From Erysipelotrichaceae bacterium MTC7 (GTDB lineage Bacteria; Bacillota_I; Bacilli_A; Erysipelotrichales; Erysipelotrichaceae): 32,000 nucleotides of DNA. The stretch covers positions 90,001-122,000 of the forward strand of contig LVZN01000001.1 of NCBI GenBank assembly GCA_001695645.1. Reading direction: 5' to 3'. The notes under the pieces were generated by a model. It was not told where the DNA came from. It was given only the letters and a program-made list of their open reading frames with translations, and searched no databases. A program made the translations under genes and the position numbers. Below, in pieces: positions 26,930-32,000 of this stretch; position 1 is the first letter of the stretch, and the number at the start of each line of letters is the position of its first letter.

Positions 26930-27025
26930 ATCTATCTATACAAAAAAAATACGAAAAATCCTTTCTACTTATATTTTTTATAAAAAAAATACGGTACAAT
27001 AGAAACCATATAAAGGAGGCAGTAT

Positions 27026-27514
27026 ATGATCGATTTAGAATTACTCATGTTACTTTCAGCAAATGCAAAGTACGAACCAGCAGATCTTGCAGTGATCTTA
27101 CAAACAGATTTACAAGACGTGGAGAAACGAATCGCCGCCTTGGAAGAAAAGAAGATTATCTGTGGTTACCACACGATTATCAATTGGGATAAAACAAGCG
27201 AAGAACAGGTAACATCCATTATTTATTGTGATGCAATTCCTGAACGCGATCACGGATATGACAATATCGCGAAGAAAATATACAATTATCCAGAAGTGGA
27301 ATCCATGTATCTAACAAGTGGTAAAAGTGATTTCATCATTATGATTCATGGGCAAACGATGAAAGAAGTCGCAAGTTTTGTGGCAACGAAACTTGCATGT
27401 ATTGAAGGTATCACTTCAACAAGTACCCTATTTGTTTTACAAACGTACAAAACCAGCGGCGTAATTATGAAAGATGAAACGACAACAAGCGAAAGGTTAC
27501 TTGTTACTCCGTAA
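27026..27514 (+). CDS. Lrp/AsnC-family transcriptional regulator
   Basis: 162 aa with an N-terminal wHTH (LLSANAKYEPADLAVILQTDLQDVEKRIAALEEKKII) and a C-terminal RAM-like domain. AGGAGG RBS. Confidence 0.8.
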   Translation: MIDLELLMLLSANAKYEPADLAVILQTDLQDVEKRIAALEEKKIICGYHTIINWDKTSEEQVTSIIYCDAIPERDHGYDNIAKKIYNYPEVESMYLTSGKSDFIIMIHGQTMKEVASFVATKLACIEGITSTSTLFVLQTYKTSGVIMKDETTTSERLLVTP

Positions 27515-28698
27515 TGAAACTTGAAGACAAGTTAAGTACGGTTGTAAAAGAAATGAAACCCAGTGGAATTCGAAAATTCTTCGATGTCGCTAAACAAATA
27601 GAAGACGTAATTTCACTTGGGGTTGGAGAACCTGATTTTGATACTCCGTGGCACATTCGTGAAGCAGGGATCTATTCAGTGGAACAAGGACATACCCACT
27701 ATACGGAAAATGCTGGATTACCAGCACTTCGCCAACAGATATGTGAATATTATAAAGAGCGTTACCAACTAGACTACGCACCTGACAGTGATTGTCTTGT
27801 CACCATTGGAGGAAGCGAGGCAATCGACAATTGTTTTCGAGCGTTGTTAAACCCAGGTGATGAAGTTATTGTTGCAACACCATGCTTTGTCTCCTACGAG
27901 CCAACGGTGCACCTTACAGGCGGTGTTGTTAAGTATTTACAGTTACGCAGTGAAGATGCATTTAAGGTGACACCAGAAGCCTTAGAGGCATGTATTACAG
28001 ATAAATCAAAACTCTTGATGATTAACTTCCCTGGAAATCCAACCGGAGGAACAATGAGCGAAGAAGATTATGCAAAATTGGTTCCTATCATTAAGAAGCA
28101 TGAGCTTATCGTAATTAGTGATGAAATCTATTCAGAACTAATTTATGAAGGAAAGCATACATCACTAGCACATTTTGATGAGATCAAAGATCAAGTCTTA
28201 ATCATCAATGGATTTTCTAAAGCCTTTGCGATGACTGGATGGCGTTTGGGTTACCTACTTGGACCAAGCACCATTATCAAAGCTGTCACAAAAATTCACC
28301 AATACGCTATTATGAGTGCACCAACAGTTTCCCAATATGCTGCAATCGAAGCATTAAAAAATGGACAAAAAAATGTAGATGCTATGCGTTTAGCATATAA
28401 AGCAAGACGAAACCTAATTGTCGATGGTTTCAACAAGATGGGTTTACCAACCCATCTACCAAAAGGGGCATTCTATATTTTCCCTGATATACGACCAACC
28501 GGTTTATCCAGTGATGAATTCTGTGAGCGCCTTATCAAAGAACAGCGTGTAGCATGTGTTCCAGGAAGTGCATTTGGTGAAGCTGGAGCTGGCTTCATTC
28601 GTGTTTCCTACGCATCAAGCTTAGAAGAAATCAAAGAAGCACTGACACGCATCAGTCAATTTGTCGAACAGTTCAATGTAAAACCATCAAATACCTGA
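27514..28698 (+). CDS. Class I/II PLP-dependent aminotransferase (AspC/AlaT-like)
   Basis: 394 aa with GEPDF, NPTG and SKAFAMTGWRLGY (PLP lysine). The start overlaps the regulator stop (TAATG). The regulator-aminotransferase pairing resembles B. subtilis alaR-alaT. Confidence 0.88.
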   Translation: MKLEDKLSTVVKEMKPSGIRKFFDVAKQIEDVISLGVGEPDFDTPWHIREAGIYSVEQGHTHYTENAGLPALRQQICEYYKERYQLDYAPDSDCLVTIGGSEAIDNCFRALLNPGDEVIVATPCFVSYEPTVHLTGGVVKYLQLRSEDAFKVTPEALEACITDKSKLLMINFPGNPTGGTMSEEDYAKLVPIIKKHELIVISDEIYSELIYEGKHTSLAHFDEIKDQVLIINGFSKAFAMTGWRLGYLLGPSTIIKAVTKIHQYAIMSAPTVSQYAAIEALKNGQKNVDAMRLAYKARRNLIVDGFNKMGLPTHLPKGAFYIFPDIRPTGLSSDEFCERLIKEQRVACVPGSAFGEAGAGFIRVSYASSLEEIKEALTRISQFVEQFNVKPSNT

Positions 28699-28708
28699 TG
28701 GTTTTTTT
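28684..28708 (+). terminator. Terminator after the aminotransferase gene
   Basis: CCATCA-AATACC-TGATGG followed by T7. The stem includes the stop codon. Confidence 0.7.
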
Positions 28709-28721
28709 ATTTATCAAGCAC

Positions 28722-28753
28722 AAAAAAAGCAACCCGTAGGTTGCTTGCTTGTT
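28722..28753. terminator. Bidirectional terminator between convergent genes
   Basis: A7-GCAACC-CGTA-GGTTGC-TTGCTTGTTT. Confidence 0.7.
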
Positions 28754-28756
28754 TAC

Positions 28757-30268
28757 TTATGGAACGCGAATGAATACTGGACCTGAACCCATGTATGCAC
28801 TAGCGATTACTGTACTTCCTAAATATCCACCATGGATAGCTTGTCCACCACCAATGTAGATTGCTACGTGCGCTAGACCAACACCACCGTCAGCATAGTA
28901 AATAATATCTCCAGGTTGTGCTTGGCTTGCTGGAACGATTGTTCCTAAGCTCATGTAACCTGCAGGTGCACTGTGGAAGTAAATTCCAACAGCTGCTAAA
29001 GCGTTCGTTACTAACATTGTACAGTCTTGTGCACGTCCTAATTGTGCATAAGCTGCCGCTGCGATTGCATTTCCACTAACAGAATCAGGAACGTTTACTG
29101 AAGGAGCTTGTTCATTTGCAACATTGCTGTTACCTTTTGCTTTTTCAGCTTCTAAAGCACGTGCTTCTCTTTCTGCTTTTTCTTCTTCTTCAAGTCTAGC
29201 TTGTGCAGCCTCTTCATCTTCACTTACTGTTACAACAAGTTGTGCTTCAGCTTTGTTACCACTTGCATCAATTGCTGTATATGTAAATGTATAATCACCG
29301 TCGATGTATAATCCATCTTCGTTTTCTTCAATGCTACCAGTTACTGTGTAGTTCACAACTTCATCGAAGTTGTCAAATACTGATGCTACGTATGCTTGTG
29401 GATCAAAGTCTCCTGTATCAAGCACATTTACTTGTGTCTCTGATAATTTAATTTCAGGAGCTTGTGTATCTACATATTTTACATTTAACAAATATGTATT
29501 TACTGCAAACACGTCATCTGCGATTTCTGGTTTATTGTTGTTTAATTCAACTTTATTTACACTGTCACTTGCATAAGCTTCTTTTGATTGAATCTTAAGC
29601 ATGACTGTATCTTCTTTAAGTTCTTTTGTTGGAATGCGATCCAATGCAACAATGTAATTTCCAATTTCATAACCAAGACTTCCGTCAGTTAATGTAATTA
29701 CTTTTGCATCGTATACATTACTTTCATTCTTACTGATGATTTCTTTTGCAACATCAACGATTGCACTATCATCACCAAAGTTAACTTTAACTGGTTTTTG
29801 GTTTTCATTAAGTGCTTGCGCAACTTCAACTTTACGTAAGACTGTAGTTGTATCAACTTGTGATCTTCCCATTCCTGTGAATGTTAAGGTAACTACGAAT
29901 ACAAGAACAGCTGTCGTTGTTGTCATTACAAAGTGTTGGAAGTTGAAATGTACTTTTCCAAAACGTCCCTCAATTGTTTGTAAAGCAAGGTTTGCTTTTT
30001 TAGCAATTGTTGTTGCTGTAGTTTTTGATGCTTTCACTAATACTGGATAGATTTCCGTAAAAGCTGCATCTGCTTTTGTCATTGCTTGTTTCGTTAATGC
30101 ATAAGCGTGCGTTGCTAGTTCTGTTGCAACAACACCGGCTTTAATTGCACAAACATTTGCCCAAGTGCTAGCAGCGCGTAATCCTAATTTAAAGTTATGT
30201 AACAAAAATTCATTCATTTGCTTAACTTTTTGCGCCCCTTGCACGAAAGTTTTTTTTATTAAACTCAT
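28757..30268 (-). CDS. Membrane-anchored NlpC/P60 cell-wall hydrolase with Ig-like (DUF5011-type) domain and charged linker
   Basis: ATG at 30266-30268 with AGGGGTG 6 nt upstream. About 120 aa of helical N-terminal region, then a TM (TTAVLVFVVTLTFTGM). VDTQAPEIKL...AIDASGNKAEAQLVVTV Ig module. EEAAQARLEEEEKAEREARALEAEKAK linker. NlpC/P60 Cys in DCTMLV and His in AHVAIYIGGGQAIHGG. Confidence 0.8.
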   Translation of the reverse strand: MSLIKKTFVQGAQKVKQMNEFLLHNFKLGLRAASTWANVCAIKAGVVATELATHAYALTKQAMTKADAAFTEIYPVLVKASKTTATTIAKKANLALQTIEGRFGKVHFNFQHFVMTTTTAVLVFVVTLTFTGMGRSQVDTTTVLRKVEVAQALNENQKPVKVNFGDDSAIVDVAKEIISKNESNVYDAKVITLTDGSLGYEIGNYIVALDRIPTKELKEDTVMLKIQSKEAYASDSVNKVELNNNKPEIADDVFAVNTYLLNVKYVDTQAPEIKLSETQVNVLDTGDFDPQAYVASVFDNFDEVVNYTVTGSIEENEDGLYIDGDYTFTYTAIDASGNKAEAQLVVTVSEDEEAAQARLEEEEKAEREARALEAEKAKGNSNVANEQAPSVNVPDSVSGNAIAAAAYAQLGRAQDCTMLVTNALAAVGIYFHSAPAGYMSLGTIVPASQAQPGDIIYYADGGVGLAHVAIYIGGGQAIHGGYLGSTVIASAYMGSGPVFIRVP

Positions 30269-30330
30269 GTGTTCACCCCTCAGTGTTATCATTTGTTTCT
30301 AAAATAATCGTATTGATTTTTACAAGTCCG

Positions 30331-30359
30331 ATAATACCACATGGTAAGCGCTTCCACAA
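30331..30359 (-). promoter_or_regulatory. Extended -10 promoter for the NlpC/P60 gene
   Basis: Minus strand reads TTGTGG (30354-30359), 17 nt including TGg, TATTAT (30331-30336). Confidence 0.5.
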
Positions 30360-30528
30360 TGATATCCCAAAGTTTCACACATTTGTTTTGCCATTTTTTT
30401 CCTGAATTTTTTTATACCCAAAACCGTGCAACATCTATCCCATTTTATTCCATAATTTTCCCTTAAAACACGCAAAAAGTGATGTTTTATGTTTGAAATA
30501 TATAACTAAAATATCATCACTTTTGTTA

Positions 30529-30564
30529 ATAAAAAAGCATGATTTGACTGACCAACCATGCTTA
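30529..30564 (-). terminator. Rho-independent terminator after the RDD-PHP gene
   Basis: AAGCAUG-(16 nt)-CAUGCUU followed by UUUUAUU. Confidence 0.6.
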
Positions 30565-30574
30565 CCTATATTCA

Positions 30575-32000
30575 TTATGTATTTGTCGATGTGAGGCTAT
30601 AAGCTTCTACAAAGTTTTCCACCAAACGCTCTGCATTGACTGGACACGTTGTATGTCCAAGGATAAACTCTTTGCGTTTAGGTCCATGGTATTCACTACC
30701 TGCACTCACAGCACAGTTGTAATGTTTGACCAAACGAAGCAAGAATTTCACATCGTTCTTGTTTTGTCTTGGCGTAAACACTTCCAATCCATCAACCCCT
30801 TGTTCCAACAGTTCGCTGATGTATTCTGGATAATCTTTTAGATACACCATTGGATCTTCAAGCATGACCACACCACCTGTTGCTTTTACCAAAGCAATCA
30901 TATCTTCTACTTTTGGTTGTGCAACTGGACAATACGCTACCGCTCCAGGAGCAAAAAAATCTTTGACAAAGTTTGCGATTGGTTTGTTTTTCTTATTTCC
31001 TGTGATGTATGGTGCAAAGAGTTTGTTGTCTTTGTAGTTCACGTTGTTTAGTACATACCGAGCGATAAGCTCAGGTGATGCCAGTTGAAAGCGATTGCCT
31101 TTCAACATTTGCTCGGTATCAATTTCAATTCCCGTAAACTCTTCAAAAAGATGGACACGACGTACACTACTCGCTTTCTCTTTCATTAAGTTTTCGTGTT
31201 CAAGAGTCACAAAACGCTCATCAGCAGCATCAATAAAATAACCCAAAATGCGCATATGAACGCCTTTGTAGTTACAATCAATCGAGATCCCTGGAATGTA
31301 ATCAATCCCGTATAGCGGTGCTAAGCTTTTTGCTGAATGATTGGCTTTGGCACTGTTGTGATCCGTAATGGAGATCGTTTTTAAGCCCGCTTCTTTTGCT
31401 CGCGTTAACAGATCTTCTACATTCACTTCTCCATCATGAGAGAACGTTGAAATCACATGTAAATCAATGGTGTTTTCCGTTTTAGGAATGATGGTTTCTG
31501 TAGGTTTTACAGCTTCTACATCTTCTCTACGCACTTGATCATTCAAACATACTACCTTTGTTTTCAAGATAAAATCAATGATGCTACGGTGTCTTCCATC
31601 TACGAAGACTAGCAAACCATCAAGCACAAGAAATACAATAACGCCTAATGTTCCATTGGTAAACAAGGAAAAGATGGCGTAGCATGCCAACATCGGTAAT
31701 ACCTTTCCTAAGAGTTCACGCAAGATTAAAGTTTTTCTTGAACACTCACTATTGTCAGCATTCACAACTTTTAAGCGCATTGCTATTTTACCAAAACTTT
31801 GACCCTTAAAAACCACAGATAAGTATGTGTTTGCAACTACCATAAAAATAACCATCAAAACAACTGTCACAATGGACACAAAATTTAACAACCCAACACT
31901 GATGAATCCACTACTTGTTAGGATGAAAACAATCAACCATAATTGTACTGGCAATAACATCAACGCGATATCACCAAACTCGGCAACCAAACGCAGCCAT
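30575..32000 (-). CDS. RDD-family membrane domain fused to a PHP (TrpH/YciV-like) phosphoesterase domain; N-terminus lies just outside the window
   Basis: The frame stays open to the window edge (..WLRLVAEFGDIALMLL..). About 150 aa with 3-4 TM segments and RDD-like spacing, then IDLHVISTFSHDG, ISITDHNS and SAGSEYHG, which match PHP motifs. Confidence 0.7.
   Translation of the reverse strand, partial: WLRLVAEFGDIALMLLPVQLWLIVFILTSSGFISVGLLNFVSIVTVVLMVIFMVVANTYLSVVFKGQSFGKIAMRLKVVNADNSECSRKTLILRELLGKVLPMLACYAIFSLFTNGTLGVIVFLVLDGLLVFVDGRHRSIIDFILKTKVVCLNDQVRREDVEAVKPTETIIPKTENTIDLHVISTFSHDGEVNVEDLLTRAKEAGLKTISITDHNSAKANHSAKSLAPLYGIDYIPGISIDCNYKGVHMRILGYFIDAADERFVTLEHENLMKEKASSVRRVHLFEEFTGIEIDTEQMLKGNRFQLASPELIARYVLNNVNYKDNKLFAPYITGNKKNKPIANFVKDFFAPGAVAYCPVAQPKVEDMIALVKATGGVVMLEDPMVYLKDYPEYISELLEQGVDGLEVFTPRQNKNDVKFLLRLVKHYNCAVSAGSEYHGPKRKEFILGHTTCPVNAERLVENFVEAYSLTSTNT

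Noticed and set aside
1-32000. Mobile elements, prophage, CRISPR arrays, tRNA or rRNA genes, and defence islands.
   Set aside because: I recognised no transposase, integrase or recombinase-like ORF, no long terminal inverted repeats, no regularly spaced direct repeats, and no tRNA-like cloverleaf candidates in the intergenic gaps. Gene content and orientation look like core chromosome.

Overview
This is a chromosomal region from a low-GC Gram-positive bacterium (Bacillota). The gene content looks Erysipelotrichia/Clostridia-like, but no homology search was possible; all calls rest on motif recognition in the ORF translations and on reading the DNA. The window is densely packed and mostly on the minus strand. 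In coordinate order it holds: a partial IMPDH-family gene, glgC-glgD-glgA (glycogen synthesis), pta, a secreted M34/ATLF-like zinc metallopeptidase, ung-folC-folT-like, and a GH13 gene broken by two in-frame stops. Then come a type I pullulanase, ftsE-ftsX plus a second ftsX linked to a PcsB-like CHAP hydrolase, a YitT-family protein, secA-prfB (the prfB +1 frameshift was reconstructed by hand), a cold-shock protein, an MscS channel and an AEC transporter. The last part holds comFA-comFC, an AsnC/Lrp regulator with an aminotransferase, a membrane-anchored NlpC/P60 hydrolase and a partial RDD-PHP fusion. I saw no rRNA, tRNA, CRISPR array, transposase, integrase or recognisable defence or toxin-antitoxin module. 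The items most worth follow-up are: (1) the 496-bp non-coding region upstream of the metallopeptidase, which has a near-consensus promoter, a ~295-nt leader and a five-copy GTAGG/CCTAC repeat system; (2) one ftsE serving two diverged tandem ftsX paralogs, the second transcribed separately with a coiled-coil CHAP hydrolase; (3) a compact predicted three-way-junction RNA in the folC-folT spacer; (4) two nonsense codons 21 nt apart in the GH13 gene; (5) the RDD-PHP fusion with a degenerate metal motif; (6) a prfB frameshift site preceded by a perfect hairpin rather than an SD-like element. None of these is proven to be a new system; each needs the computational or experimental check stated with it.
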